Assembly: GCA_950097015.1 (NCBI GenBank)
Contig: CATNEN010000038.1
Coordinates: 186,001 to 250,000, forward strand
Origin: Macrostomum hystrix
Lineage: Eukaryota; Animalia; Platyhelminthes
Direction: 5' to 3'
DNA: 64,000 nt
Position numbers and translations under genes: made by a program. Of the stretch, positions 13,498 through 26,613 are shown in pieces. A model generated the notes under the pieces. The model saw only the letters and a program-made list of their open reading frames with translations. It made no database searches and was not told the DNA's origin. Position 1 is the stretch's first letter. Every line of letters begins with the position of its first letter.

Positions 13498-13560
13498 CTT
13501 TGCCAGCTGTTTCAATCCTGAGAACTCAATTTCACCAAAAGTTTTGCTGCCCTCGTCACT

Positions 13561-13603
<43 letters not shown>

Positions 13604-13867
13604 AGGCTCTGTCGTCTGAAAGAGCCTCCAAGGCCGGACGCAATGGTGCTGGCGGCCATCGCTGACACCGAAGCAATTGACGCAGCTCCGGTTGACGAAG
13701 CGGGACCGCCGCCTGCACTGAGAGGAGGTGCCAGCGGGAATTCCATCGTCTCTTTGGGACTTCTTAACCTAGTACTGCCGACAAAGCTAGCTGGCCGCCT
13801 CGCGCTGACAGACGACGTTGACGCGTGCCGATGAGCCGGTTGTCCGCAGACGCAGATTTCCGAGTTT
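13498..13867 (-). CDS. TRPM: TRPM exon (NSEICVCGQ...polyQ...TFGEIEFSGLKQLAK)
   Basis: TTGTCTAG acceptor, AAG|GTGAGT donor; FGEIEF motif; CAG-encoded polyQ. Confidence 0.88.
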
Positions 13868-13903
13868 CTAGACAAAATGCGGAGCTTTTCTGTAATGTGA
13901 AAC

Positions 13904-14151
13904 TGACCCACAGTGACCCACACAGCTGGGTCAGTCAGACACTAATGACCCACACAGCTGGGTCAGTCAGACACTAATGACCCACACAGCTGGGTCAGTC
14001 AGGCACTAATGACCCACACAGCTGGGTCAGTCAGACACTAATGACCCACACAGCTGGGTCAGTCAGGCACTAATGACCCACACAGCTGGGTCAGTCAGGC
14101 ACTAATGACCCACACAGCTGGGTCAGTCAGACACTAATGACCCACACAGCT
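13904..14151. repeat. 32-bp minisatellite GACCCACACAGCTGGGTCAGTCAGACACTAAT
   Basis: ~7.5 units filling most of an intron and abutting the donor; internal inverted repeat TGACCCA..TGGGTCA. Confidence 0.95.
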
Positions 14152-14154
14152 CAC

Positions 14155-14243
14155 CTTTTCGGCCTGAAAGTGTCGCAGGTTGGTGTATTATTCACCCGCA
14201 GCGGGTAGCATACCTGCTCTTGGCTCTGCAATTCGAAGGATCG
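14155..14243 (-). CDS. TRPM: TRPM exon (RSFELQ...NTPTCDTFRPK)
   Basis: TATTTAG acceptor, AG|GTGAGC donor; phase 2 joins the next exon to give C..F.P..NSEICVCGQ, the TRPM N-terminal Cys motif. Confidence 0.7.
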
Positions 14244-14626
14244 CTAAATAAGACAGAGCTCAATTTCTGTTAAATGCTGAAAAAGATGCAATGAGTTGAT
14301 CGCCCGGGGCGGCTGCTCAGGGGTGTTGGCAGCTGATTGGTGAGTCACTCCTGACTAAAAATGGTCAAACAGCCCGTCAAATTTAACTGCCGGCTGCTGC
14401 AAAAAAATTCTTTCCCTGCTCCAAAAAATATTATTATTGGCCCGAAACCGATGGCCCGCCATTGGCTGGCCGCTGGCTTTGAGCACACTTATCGCTTACT
14501 GGCTTTCCGCTTTGAGCACACCTTTTGGCGAAAAAATGTTTTCAGAAAAAAATTTCCTTTTGAGAAATTCATCAGCAGATTCTACCTGTTCGATAAGCCA
14601 TTGTCGCTAGACAAGTATCTTCCTTT

Positions 14627-15050
14627 CATACAAGATTATCTACCTGGTCATACAAGATTATCTACCTGGTCATACAAGATTATCTACCTGGTCATACAAG
14701 ATTATCTACCTGTCATACAAGATTATCTACCTGGTCATACAAGATTATCTACCTGGTCATACAAGATTATCTACCTGGTCATACAAGATTATCTACCTGG
14801 TCATACAAGATTATCTACCTGGTCATACAAGATTATCTACCTGGTCTTACAAGATTATCTACCTGGTCAGACAAGATTATCTACCTGGTCAGACAAGATT
14901 ATCTACCTGGTCAGACAAGATTATCTACCTGGTCAGACAAGATTATCTACCTGGTCAGACAAGATTATCTACCTGGTCATACAAGGTTATCTACCTTTCG
15001 TACAAGATTATCTACCTGGTCATACATGATTATCTACCTGTCAGACAGCA
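14627..15050. repeat. 22-bp minisatellite TCATACAAGATTATCTACCTGG
   Basis: Tandem units. Confidence 0.95.
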
Positions 15051-15837
15051 TTATCTGCCTTTTAATTTATACTCAGGTAATTTAGACTGAGGTATCCACC
15101 TGTTAGACAGCTGTCCACCAATGCCCATCAACCTGTATGAACCCCCAAGGACCAGCACCCGAGTTGAGCAAAGAACTCACAATTCTGCTATGATTGAGCA
15201 CAATTTGTACATTTCCATTGTTGTCTTGCTGTCTAACTCCTGATGCACTGGGTCGATCAGTCAATAGTGCAGAGGATTCCTGAAATATATTGTTTAACAA
15301 AGTAGGATATTTAACGGTTTTTGATGGCTTGATGAATCTGAAAATCTGAAAAACGGTACCAAAAGCGGAAAATTCATCTTGCCTTTTCCTGAGCCTTGTC
15401 CAGTACGCTCTGGGTCAGTGATTGAAATTGCCAATAGTAGGTCATTGCTATGAACTCGGACCACTCAGTGCATTTGTGATGTTAAAACTGTGTATCAAAG
15501 CATGCTCTAACTATAGTCAGGTTATATTGTACAGGAAGGCTTTGCGGCAAATTTGTCGGCGGGTGAACTGGATACACATTTTTGCGGATAAGTTTTGACC
15601 CAGGTTTTCAAATAAATGGACTTTGCCATGAATTGCCATTGGTCAAGGCATTTCTAAGAAAGCGCACATAGCTGCAGTGCATTGCTGGACAGATAACTGA
15701 TTTTTGCGAGTTACAATTAATCCCATTAAACTATAATTAATTTCCACTTACTTTTCCCTAAAAACCCTTAATACCGTATTCTTCTTCACAATCACTCACA
15801 AAATATAAATCAACTACTTTTGCCATCTTCTTAAAGA

Positions 15838-16010
15838 CAGACATTGTCTAACAGGTGGGCAGACATTGTCTAACAGGTGGGCAGATATTGTCTAACAGGT
15901 GGGCAGATATTGTCTAACAGGTGGGCAGATATTGTCTAACAGGTGGGCAGATATTGTCTAACAGGTGTGCAGATATTGTCTAACAGGTGGGCAGATATTG
16001 TCTAACTGGT
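15838..16010. repeat. 22-bp minisatellite GCAGATATTGTCTAACAGGTGG
   Basis: ~8 units. Confidence 0.95.
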
Positions 16011-16023
16011 AGTTAACTTATCT

Positions 16024-16483
16024 GGTAAACACCCAGGCTACAGGTAAATGCCCAGGCTGCAGTTAAATGCCCAGGCTACAGGTAAATACCCAGGCTACAG
16101 GTAAATACCCAGGCTACAGGTAAATGCCCAGGCTACAGGTAAATGCCCAGGCTACAGGTAAATACCCAGGCTAAAGGTAAATACCCAGGCTACAGGTAAA
16201 CACCCAGGCTACAGGTAAATACCCAGGCTACAGGTAAATGCCCAGGCTACAGGTAAATACCCAGGCTACAGGTAAATACCCAGGCTACAGTTAAATGCCC
16301 AGGCTACAGGTAAATACCCAGGCTACAGGTAAATACCCAGGCTACAGGTAAATGCCCAGGCTACAGGTAAATGCCCAGGCTACAGGTAAATACCCAGGCT
16401 ACAGGTAAATACCCAGGCTACAGGTAAATACCCAGGCTACAGGTAAATACCCAGGCTACAGGTAAATACCCAGGCTACAGTTA
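16024..16483. repeat. 19-bp minisatellite AGGTAAATACCCAGGCTAC
   Basis: ~24 units directly after the 22-bp array. Confidence 0.95.
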
Positions 16484-16640
16484 AGTTTGGATTAAAGAAG
16501 TAAAGAACATTCTAGCCAGTGAAACACAGGCCAGTTATTTTTTCTGCTGCACTAAATAGTTAATTTCCAGCTCGTTGTATTAGCTATACGGCCGAGCTGA
16601 AAGATTCAAGTCCAAATGACGCAGAACCGCTGCTACATAC

Positions 16641-16678
16641 CTTCCAGCTTCTCTGCTTCAAATTGCTACTTATTGAAG
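16641..16678 (-). CDS. candidate upstream TRPM exon (SISSNLKQRSWK)
   Basis: TAG acceptor and AAG|GTATGT donor; phase-0 end fits the 14243 exon; QRSW loosely resembles TRPM N-terminal xKSW. Weak support. Confidence 0.3.
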
Positions 16679-16921
16679 CTAATTTAATAAATACCAACAG
16701 TTGAATCGACTTCGACCTTATTCTACGGTTTGGTCAAGTTTGGTACAGCCAAAGATGCGTGCGACTGAGAAAGTTTTTGCTATGCTCTCGAAATTTCTCT
16801 TAAAATTTGAATTTGCAGCTCATTTCTCTCTCAAATTTCAAATCCCGAAAACTTGCCAATCTCGAATCCTCCCAATCCCAAATTGTTACACTTTGTGACA
16901 CGTCAGACTAACGAAATGATA

Positions 16922-17992
16922 TGTTAGACATACTCAATGACCTGTTAGACATACTCAATGACCTGTTAGACATACTCAATGACCTGTTAGACATACTCAA
17001 TGACCTGTTAGACATACTCAATGACCTGTTAGACATACTCAATGACCTGTTAGACATACTCAATGACCTGTTAGGCATACTCAATGACCTGTTAGACATA
17101 CTCAATGACCTGTTAGGCATACTCAATGACCTGTTAGACATACTCAATGACCTGTTAGACATACTCAATGACCTGTTAAACATACTCAATGACCTGTTAA
17201 ACATACTCAATGACCTGTTAGACATACTCAATGACCTGTTAGACATACTCAATGACCTGTTAGACATACTCAATGACCTGTTAGACATACTCAATGACCT
17301 GTTAGACATACTCAATGACCTGTTAGGCATACTCAATGACCTGTTAAACATACTCAATGACCTGTTAGACATACTCAATGACCTGTTAGACATACTCAAT
17401 GACCTGTTAGACATACTCAATGACCTGTTAGACATACTCAATGGCCTGTTAAACATACTCAATGACCTGTTAGACATACTCAATGACCTGTTAGTCATAC
17501 TCAATGACCTGTTAGACATACTCAATGACCTGTTAGACATACTCAATGACCTGTTAGACATACTCAATGACCTGTTAGACATACTCAATGACCTGTTAGA
17601 CATACTCAATGACCTGTTAGACATACTCAATGACCTGTTAGACATACTCAATGACCTGTTAGTCATACTCAATGACCTGTTAGTCATACTCAATGACCTG
17701 TTAGGCATACGCAATGACCTGTTAGACATAGTCAATGACCTGTTAGACATAGTCAATGACCTGTTAGACATACTCAATGACCTGTTAGTCATACTCAATG
17801 ACCTGTTAGACATACTCAATGACCTGTTAGACATACTCAATGACCTGTTAGGCATACGCAATGACCTGTTAGACATAGTCAATGACCTGTTAGACATACT
17901 CAATGACCTGTTAGACATACTCAATGACCTGTTAGGCAAAGTTAATGACCTGTTTGACATACTTAATGACTTGCTAGACATATAAATGACCT
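16922..17992. repeat. 21-bp minisatellite GACATACTCAATGACCTGTTA
   Basis: ~50 units; source of the spurious 354/357-aa ORFs. Confidence 0.96.
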
Positions 17993-19225
17993 TTTAGATG
18001 GACTTAAGGACCAGTTAGATAAGAGAATGAACCGAATAATGACCGAATAGTCACACGTAGTGACGCACCAGACAAGTAGTTTGTCAGGTACAGAACAGTT
18101 TTGATAAAACGCACCAGTACAAATTAACACCTACCAGCAAAGCACACGAGTTAAGAGTGGCAATAAAATGCTTCAGATTGTCACTCAGTGGCTATAAGAA
18201 ATTGGTGCTGTCTGGCTAAATTAATTTTGCCAGTTAAAATCCTTAAGGCTAAAAACTTGAAATGGCTGGCATTGAATTGACTAAATTTTATTACAATTCT
18301 TTCAAGAAGGCTGGCTGTGCAATCTAAGGTATACGCCCTGAGCACCATTTTAATCAGCGGGCTCAGAAGGCTGGGTGAATTATTTCATAGATCTCTCAGT
18401 CCTGGCGCCTCACTGTCTGCAATGGCAATGACCCCATGCAGCTCAAACTTAGCAACAAGTGCAGCTCATTGCATGTGATTATAGGTGTATGGCTTGTGGT
18501 ATTTGCAAAATAAATCTACTAAATTGTCTGTCACAATTTGAGCTGTTGTCAATTTTAATTCAAAATGTTTTTTTAATCAATTGGTTTTCTGTTGATGGAT
18601 ATATGATGGATAGCTCCCAGTTGTATGCGGCCAATTTGGTACATTTTTTGCTGCTTTGACTATTTTCCTTTTGAACTCGTACAGCTTTTTTTATTACATT
18701 CTATTCATGTCGCTTGCCTACTTTTCTGCAATGCGAAAAGTCTGTAAATTCCTTGGACGCAATGGGAACCTCTTTAGTTTTGACTTTGACTTTGATTTTT
18801 TTCGGTATAGGAACAAGTTTTATATTAGCTGCAACGTTTCTTTAAGAAAATGTAGATTTTGGTCAACTTATGAGTCATCGCTTTGAAATGGCTTGCCCGC
18901 ACACGCATATTGAATGCAAAGTTTCATAAAAACATCGGAAAGGTCACACTCCGTGATCTATCACGTGATAATCTAATTTTGAAGGTCAAATCTCTCGATC
19001 ACGTGACAATGACGTACGTGAAAAATATATTTGAAGATTGAATAATTTCACTTAGTTAAGTAGGCCTAAGTTTCCAAATATAATTCCGAATTGTAACTAA
19101 AAAGTTTTTGATGCGCACAGACTAATGTTACTTATTTACAAATAATTATTTGTTTTTCTTGAAAACGTACAGCAGGACAGTAGCGTTATAGGGTGTCGAG
19201 TCACGGAAACAGCTTATCTGAGCAT

Positions 19226-19855
19226 CTATCTATCTATCTATTTGCAGGGGGGCCCGGGGCACTTGTCGCACAAGCGACGGAGCGGCACGCCCCCAGACCG
19301 GCGAACTAGGCGCTTTTGCGCCCATCGCACCGCCTCCCCTGAGCAGGCACCACACACAGCAGCACAGACTAGCTGGGGAGGGCAGGAGGCACCCAGAATA
19401 GGCAGCAGTGCTCCCCACCCCAGCCCCACACGCACATAGCAGACCAAGCCGGGGCGGAAGGCTGATAAGAAATCAGTCCTCAGGGGGGCCGGGTGATGAG
19501 TGTACACTTCACTTTATCCAATCGTACTTTGTACACTTTATCCAATCGCGCTGACGGAAATCCAGAAAGCGCGCGGCGGTGTACACCCGCCCTCCAGCCA
19601 CCCCCCGCAAGGTCTTACGCCCCAGCGCCAACGCACACAACTCACACAACGCAGAACAGGCACACAGAAGGTAGGAGCGAAGCTATTATTCCAAGCTTTG
19701 ATTGCACGAAATATGGTGCACCTCTGCCGGTCGCTACTGTCCAAACCCCCCCCAATAAGTCCCGAAATTAATAGTGACTTGAAGGGTGAATCGAACTAGC
19801 GTCCTTTGGAGTGCGAGGCAGCGACGTTAGCCGCTGACCCACTCGCCCCATTGCC
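19226..19855 (-). mobile_element. long (~630 bp) tRNA-derived SINE (family C)
   Basis: Head TGGGTCAGCGG...AGTTCGATTCA, GC-rich body, (TAGA)n tail, 11-bp TSD TATCTGAGCAT (19215-19225, 19856-19866). Confidence 0.82.
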
Positions 19856-22800
19856 TATCTGAGCATAATATAAGCATAAGATCTCACTTTAGAAATGAAA
19901 CAAAGAATTTTTACTTTATTACCTACGACAGGGTTAATGTGCGGCTATCAGTAATTGCCCTTAGTAGTACTCGCTGCCTGTTTAATTCGGTTAGGCTTTA
20001 ATTGTTACATTTTTTATGTGAGACAGCTAGCTGCCTTAGCATGTTCTGCGCGCGCGCTTCACGTACTGCTTCCAAATGTGAGAGAGAGTTTATTAATTAA
20101 GCGAATTTATTTTCGAATGTACACTTACAGGTTGCATGCCTATTTGATGCTCATAAGGAGGAACGAGCAAATTTTCGATTGAAACGAGACGTATGAGTCT
20201 ACTGTGCTCACTATATTCCGGCCGCTTCCATCATATGGTCCCCAATTATAAGTCCGAGCATTTTATTTCTTCACTGCCTTGATCAGAGACATCTCGATCT
20301 CTTACCGTTCCCTATCTTCCCACGATCAGGTCTTCCAGTTCTATGTCTCATCTCTCTCCTGTTTTATCTCTCATCTATATCTCGTCAATACTATATTAAT
20401 TCTTGTGCGGTACTGCATATGTAGAGAGGAACAATGAAACCAAGAACCAGAAGGGAGTTAGCAAATAGACCTCTGCAAGCAGCGAAAAAACTCTACGTCA
20501 GTAGTACTTGTGAAACTAACAAAAACAACAAAACAACAAGATACGCTTTATAGTGTCTGGGGCACCTGCAGCGTCCGCCAGCAGGCAGTCGACGTAGCGC
20601 CGAGTGCGCCTGCACTGAAGCTCGCCCGTAGGCTGCCTGCAGAGTCAGCAGCAGGCACCTCCTGGACTGGCTGGGGGCAGTGCGACTCGGGATGGATGAG
20701 GTGGCCTGCCATCTAGAGTCGCCGATGTCAGTAATTGTAGGTTGTTGGTAAACTAACAAATTGTAAGCTTTCACTTAGACCGCTTTTTATAATAGTTGCA
20801 TGATCGAGGGTTCAGTGGCACGGCGTCCTCTCAAAACTCCACAACAGTTACCATCTAGCTAACAGAACAGAACAGAAACATGACAGCAACTAATAAATAT
20901 TTAAAGTGCATTTAAAACAATACGTAAGTGTTTGACTATTAGGAATTAAGGTTGCAAAACACCTAAAACTGCCTGCACTCTGCTCATAATATATTCAGAC
21001 ATGATTTGAATTGAAAAATATATAAAAGTAATATATATATATATTATAAGTATATATTAAAATAATTTGGAAAAGGACATTTGGAAAAGGTCTAAAGAAC
21101 CTTTTGGATTATTTGGAATTCCAAATATTACTCGGAAAAGGACAGTTGCGTCTCCGGGTTATTTTATTCGGTTACATTATCAGCTTACACAAACCGTGAT
21201 GTAGCAATAAGACACAACATAATTTTCTATAGAAACTAATATAACTTAGTTGTGTATTGGTAGCATAAAAATACTTTTTACTAACCTTTGTTTTGTCAGT
21301 TGTTTGGCATCATTTTTGCTGTTTATACGCTAGCGCAAACATTTAAAGTGGGTTTTTCTGAGATTTTAGGATTCAACGCCTCTCGCTAAGTCAGGCAGCA
21401 TAACACTAACAGAAACGTGACAACTACAACAATTGCCGTCGGTTAAAGTGTTATTCACAAAGTTTTTATTTTTTGTCGGACTTCAGACGTGTTTATTAAC
21501 AATACATTTTTCACTTATTAATTTTCTACTTGGTTTGACGACTGTCAATGGAATGGAAGGACGAGTCACTTGAATGAATGAATATAGTCATATAGCTACC
21601 CTATTTTTTTACTTAAGCCATAAAATTAAAGAGGACTTGAAAAATAAACATATATTACTTGCGTCTTATACTATTGTTTCTTCTTTCTGAACTTCGGTAT
21701 TACTTATTAAGTAAGTATTATATTTCTATACCTGCCTACTTTATTTATTTACCCTCTGTTAGTTAGACACTTTTTCTTTGTTTTAGTTTGCATCAACTAT
21801 ACTAGATGAATAGATAGCAGGAATAGCTAGAAAAGAGTTCGATTGTTCACTCTGCTCGAATGTTTTTACATTCTGATTTTATTTTTTGTTTTAGGTCTAT
21901 AGGCTCTCCTTATCTGTATATTGCTTAGGCCCCTATAGCTGTGAATTACACTGTTAAATATAAGTTTCATTTTCAATGATTAGTTAAGACTTTATTTAAT
22001 TATTAGCTGTCAGTTTGAATGTAGTCCATATTGTCCAACAGTCCAACTGACAACCATTTTGGTAACAGTTATAGATAAAATATGTTTGGTATTTAGATTT
22101 ACTAGGCCTATTCAAACTATTCAGTAAATAAACTTTTTTAAAGTGGTCATGGTTGTCATCATTTTTTTAGTACCAAGTGAAACAATAAATAAGCTAATTA
22201 ATGTACAAATTGTGGACATAATTGGGCAATCCTCTAGTTTTGCACATTAAAAAATTTTATACATTATGTACAAATCCAAATGTTTATGATATTTATATGA
22301 AATGTGAGTTTAGTATGAAATTATGACAAATTAAATTTGTAAACTACTATTTTTGTTTTTATGTGTTTAAAGTGGTAATAAAACTTTTCTTGCTACAAAT
22401 ACTATCTTATTTCATTTTTAATGATTTTTAACAATGAATAAATTCACATGTTTTTACTGTGAAATTGTACCTTAAACTGAAAAATAGCTATTAATAGGTA
22501 AATAAGCACTATGCCTAGCATTTTGTGGCTATTGTGCATTGTCCTCTTAAGGCCAGAATACTTTTATGTTAAAATTAAATCCTGACCATGCAGAATGCCA
22601 CAGTTACATGTTCCCTGCACCTCTAAACTCCAATTAGCTGCTTGTGAAATATGCACTACAAAGACTAAGAGGGCATCTTTATGTAGCAGCTGTTGCAAAG
22701 ATCTCGTAAAACTGCATTTTGGCCCTCATTTCAGCCTATTGCACCAGCTCTCTGTGCTGTTCTTTAATCTTTGTTATTATTAATCACTAGATGACTCACC

Positions 22801-23083
22801 AGTTAGAATTGCAGATCCACACGCCCTGGACAAAGCTAGGGGCCGGGAAGATGTTCAAGAAAATAAATATAACAAAAGAAACAAACAAGACAGAAAAGTT
22901 TTTTTCAAATGGTTCATTTAGTTTAATGATTTTTAACAACAATCAATCCTTTTCTCCTATCAGTTCCTGGTTTACTGAAATTATCTGAGTTAGTCATTGC
23001 TATTCAGTTTTCTTGGTCAGTTCTGCACAAAAAAGATTATAGTTAAAATAAAATGTTTTGCTTCACCTTTACCCAGGCCAGCA

Positions 23084-23693
23084 ATGACCACAATTGACAG
23101 ACTGGCACTGCAGCAGCAGCAGCAGCAGCCGCAGTCGCGCTCCACCATGGCTGCCCGTCAGGTTCGTCCGCACCGGGGATTCAGCAGCTGTGCTCTGGAC
23201 GACTCGTCGCCAACTTCGCACACCTCGGCAACTGGCCTGGCTTCGCCACAGGCGCCGTCTATTTCTACGCCGCAACCTCCGCCTCCGCCATCGGCGGCAG
23301 CATCGCCGACAGCTCAGTCGCAGCTGCATCTATCGACAATGTCCCGCGTGGCGGCCACCACCTCGGGCCCCGGCTCGCTCATCATCGGCACCCCGAGACG
23401 ATTTTTCTCTCGACGCAGGGCCGGCAAAAAGTTGGCTCTTCAGCAGCCGCCCTCGGCAGCCGCCGCGCCGCTGTCCTGCCGCTGTCCTTTCACATTTGTG
23501 CTGCCGGATTTGTCGCGTCAACCGGACGGATTTCGGCGATTCATTGAAGCCGACCTGCTGGACCCCAACGCGCTGGCTAATTTGGAAGCCGCCGGCTGCC
23601 TGAACTGGTGGCACCGCAACGGCCTGGCGAGCCGACTGTGGCCCCTGGCCACCAGCGGCGATGGCAACTGCCTACTGCACGCCATCAGCTTGT
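23084..23693 (+). CDS. OTUD7: OTUD7-like exon 1 (to GDGNCLLHAISL)
   Basis: ATG 7 nt after a CCCAG acceptor; T|GTGAGC donor; OTU Cys box. Confidence 0.9.
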
Positions 23694-23801
23694 GTGAGCC
23701 TTGATTGACAAGCTTTGTGAACTTTGGCTGGGCTAACTTTAACTACTCAGGAATACTCACTAAATCCCAAGAATGAAGCTCCCCACAAGGTTTTTTTTAG
23801 T

Positions 23802-24708
23802 CCTTTCTTCAGGTCTTATTCAGGCCTTTCTTCAGGTCTTATTCAGGCCTTTCTTAAGGTATTATTAAGGCATTTCTTCAGGTCTATTCAGGCATTTCTT
23901 CAGGCCTTTTTCAGGTCTCTTTCAGGCCTTTCTTCAGGTCTTATTCAGGCCTTTCTTCAGGTCTTATTCAGGCCTTTCTTCAGGTCTTATTCAGGCCTTT
24001 CTTAAGGTATTATTAAGGCATTTCTTCAGGTCTTATTCAGGTCTTTTTCAGGCCTTTCTTTAGGTCCTTTCTTCTGATCTTATTCAGGCCTTTCTTCAGT
24101 TTTTTAGGCCTTTCTTCAGGTAATATTAAGGCATTTCTTCAGGTCTATTCAGGCATTTCTTCAGGTCTTATTCAGGTCTTATTCAGGCTTTTCTTCAGGT
24201 CTCTTTCAGGCCTTTCTTCAGGTCTTATTCAGGCCTTTCTTCAGGTCTTATTCAGGCCTTTCTTAAGGTATTATTAAGGCATTTCTTCAGGTCTTATTCA
24301 GGTCTTTTTCAGGCCTTTCTTTAGGTCCTATTCAGGCCTTTCTTCTGATCTTATTCAGGCCTTTCTTCAGTTTTTTAGGCCTTTCTTCAGGTAATATTAA
24401 GGCATTTCTTCAGGTCTATTCAGGCATTTCTTCAGGTCTTATTCAGGTCTTATTCAGGCTTTTCTTCTGGTCTTATTCAGGCCTTTCTTCAGACCTTTCT
24501 TCAGGTTTTATTAAGGCATTTCTTCAGGTCTATTTAGGCATTTCTTCAGGTCTTATTCAGGTCTTTTTCAGGCCTTTCTTCAGGTCTTATTCAGGCCTTT
24601 CTTCAGGTCTTATTCAGGCTTTTCTTCAGGTCTTATTCAGGCCTTTCTTCAGCTCTTATTCAGGCCTTTCTTCAGATCTTATTAGTCCTTTAATTCAGGT
24701 CTTATTCT
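23802..24708. repeat. ~23-bp (11+12 subunit) degenerate minisatellite TTCTTCAGGTCTTATTCAGGCCT
   Basis: OTUD7 intron 1; block duplications visible. Confidence 0.93.
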
Positions 24709-25143
24709 CACATCATCCTCCAGGTAATATTCAGCCCATTCTTTAGGCCTTTTTCCGCAGTCTTCAGTTGCATTTAATCCATTCTTCTTAGAAAAGCTAA
24801 ACAGAAATTAATCGCCAAGAAAGCAAGCCACATTAATATTTTTAGCCGTGTTTGTTGAGCAACTCAAGCAAAGTAATTCATTTAGCCAGGCCAATTTCAT
24901 ACCGGCTCGCCTTCAGTCCGGCCACGGCCAGCATTGCAGGCGTTTTTTAATTAGTTGCGCAAAATGTGAAAAGCTACTCTTTAGCAACACAGCAACAATC
25001 AGCGAAAGATCTAAAACAAAATTAATGAATTCGTCGTTAGTAATCTTAAATAAAACTCGCATCTGTCTACTGTTAGTACAGTGCGCATAATCCACATCTA
25101 TCTACTGTTAGTACAGTGTGTGCGCATTATCTGCACACCGCAG

Positions 25144-25333
25144 GCATGTTCGGCGCCCACGATCGCCAGCTAATTCTGCGGGCCGCTCTGCACCGCTACC
25201 TGCGTCGCCGGAGCGCTGCCTTGTATCGCCGATGGCGCTGGCAGACTCACGCTGAGCTGACTCGAACCACCGGACTGCGGTTGAGCGATTCGGAGTGGCG
25301 CGCCGAGTGGAAATCCCTGCTGCAACTGGCCAG
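25144..25333 (+). CDS. OTUD7: OTUD7-like exon 2 (MFGAHDRQLILRAAL...EWRAEWKSLLQLA)
   Basis: GCAG acceptor, AG|GTAGAT donor; matches MWGFHDRDL.LRKAL and RRWRWQ. Confidence 0.92.
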
Positions 25334-25339
25334 GTAGAT

Positions 25340-26565
25340 TAGGCTGGTCCTATCACGGGGAGTAGGCTGGTCCTATCACGGGGAGTAGGCTGGTCCTATT
25401 ACGGGAGAGTAGGCTGGTCCTATCACGGGAGAGTAGGCTGGTCCTATTACGGGAGAGTAGGCTGGTCCTATCACGGGAGAGTAGGCTGGTCCTATCACGG
25501 CGAGTAAGCTGGTCCTATCACGGGAGAGTAGGCTGGTCCTATTACGGGAGAGTAGGCTGGTCCTATCACGGGGAGTAGGCTGGTCCTATCACGGGGAGTA
25601 GGCTGGTCCTATTACGGGAGAGTAGGCTGGTCCTATCACGGGAGAGTAGGCTGGTCCTATTACGGGAGAGTAGGCTGGTCCTATCACGGGAGAGTAGGCT
25701 GGTCCTCACACGGGAGAGTAGGCTGGTCCTCACACGGGAGAGTAGGCTGGTCCTCACACGGGAGAGTAGGCTGGTCCTCACACGGGAGAGTAGGCTGGTC
25801 CTCACATGGGAGAGTAGGCTGGTCCTATCACGGGAGAGTAGGCTGGTCCTCACACGGGAGAGTAGGCTGGTCCTCACACGGGAGAGTAGGCTGGTCCTAT
25901 CACGGGAGAGTAGGCTGGTCCTCACACGGGAGAGTAGGCTGGTACTCACACGGGAGAGTAGGCTGGTCCTATCACGGGGAGTAGGCTGGTCCTATCACGG
26001 GGAGTAGGCTGGTCCTCACACGGGAGAGTAGGCTGGTCCCCACATGGGAGAGTAGGCTGGTCCTGTCACGGGAGAGTAGGCTGGTCCTATCACGGGAGAG
26101 TAGGCTGGTCCTATCACGGGAGAGTAGGCTGGTCCTGTCACGGGAGAGTAGGCTGGTCCTATCACGGGAGAGTAGGCTGGTCCTCACATGGGAGAGTAGG
26201 CTGGTCCTCACACGGGAGAGTAGGCTGGTCCTCACATGGGAGAGTAGGCTGGTCCTCACATGGGAGAGTAGGCTGGTCCTCACACGGGAGAGTAGGCTGG
26301 TCCTCACACGGGAGAGTAGGCTGGTCCTATCACGGGAGAGTAGGCTGGTCCTCACACGGGAGAGTAGGCTGGTACTCACACGGGAGAGTAGGCTGGTCCT
26401 CACACGGGAGAGTAGGCTGGTCCTCACACGGGAGAATAGGCTGGTCCTCACACGGGAGAATAGGCTGGTCCTCACACGGGAGAATAGGCTGGTCCTCACA
26501 CGGGAGAGTAGGCTGGTCCTCACACGGGAGAATAGGCTGGTCCTCACACGGGAGAATAGGCTGGT
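25340..26565. repeat. 24-bp minisatellite GTAGGCTGGTCCTCACACGGGAGA
   Basis: ~50 units filling most of OTUD7 intron 2 from the donor. Confidence 0.96.
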
Positions 26566-26613
26566 GGTCTCATTTGCTCAAGCACCTCAATGAAAACCGG
26601 TCCCCAAACGCAG

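Larger units (their letters stand above)
2060..14243 (-). other. TRPM: TRPM-family (TRPM2-like) cation channel gene, N-terminal MHR region; partial model, apparently continues past the left edge
   Basis: Phase-consistent exons 14243-14155, 13867-13498, 12300-12126, 6721-6552, 6171-5848, 4376-4258, 4185-3998, 3943-3828, 3188-3039, 2113-2060. They give TRPM hallmarks CVCGQ, FGEIEF, FVRL...WEL..P.LVI..FGG, KGLWKAA..GCWIVT.G, AIGVVSWG, LDPNHTHFFLVD, GAADVLA, LNRADIA..KIF, AL..DR.DFVKLFLEQG. Confidence 0.93.

Noticed and set aside
15103-15300. Possible extra TRPM 5' exon
   Set aside because: Weak donor and no homology motif.
16908-17985. 354/357-aa ORFs (LDILNDL / SMSNRSL repeats), superficially LRR- or coiled-coil-like
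   Set aside because: Both strands of a 21-bp minisatellite; no unique flanking coding sequence.
18961-19021. Clustered TCACGTGA E-boxes (and a TGACGTCA pair at 4533-4567) as promoter elements
   Set aside because: Short palindromes with no TSS evidence; may belong to repeats.
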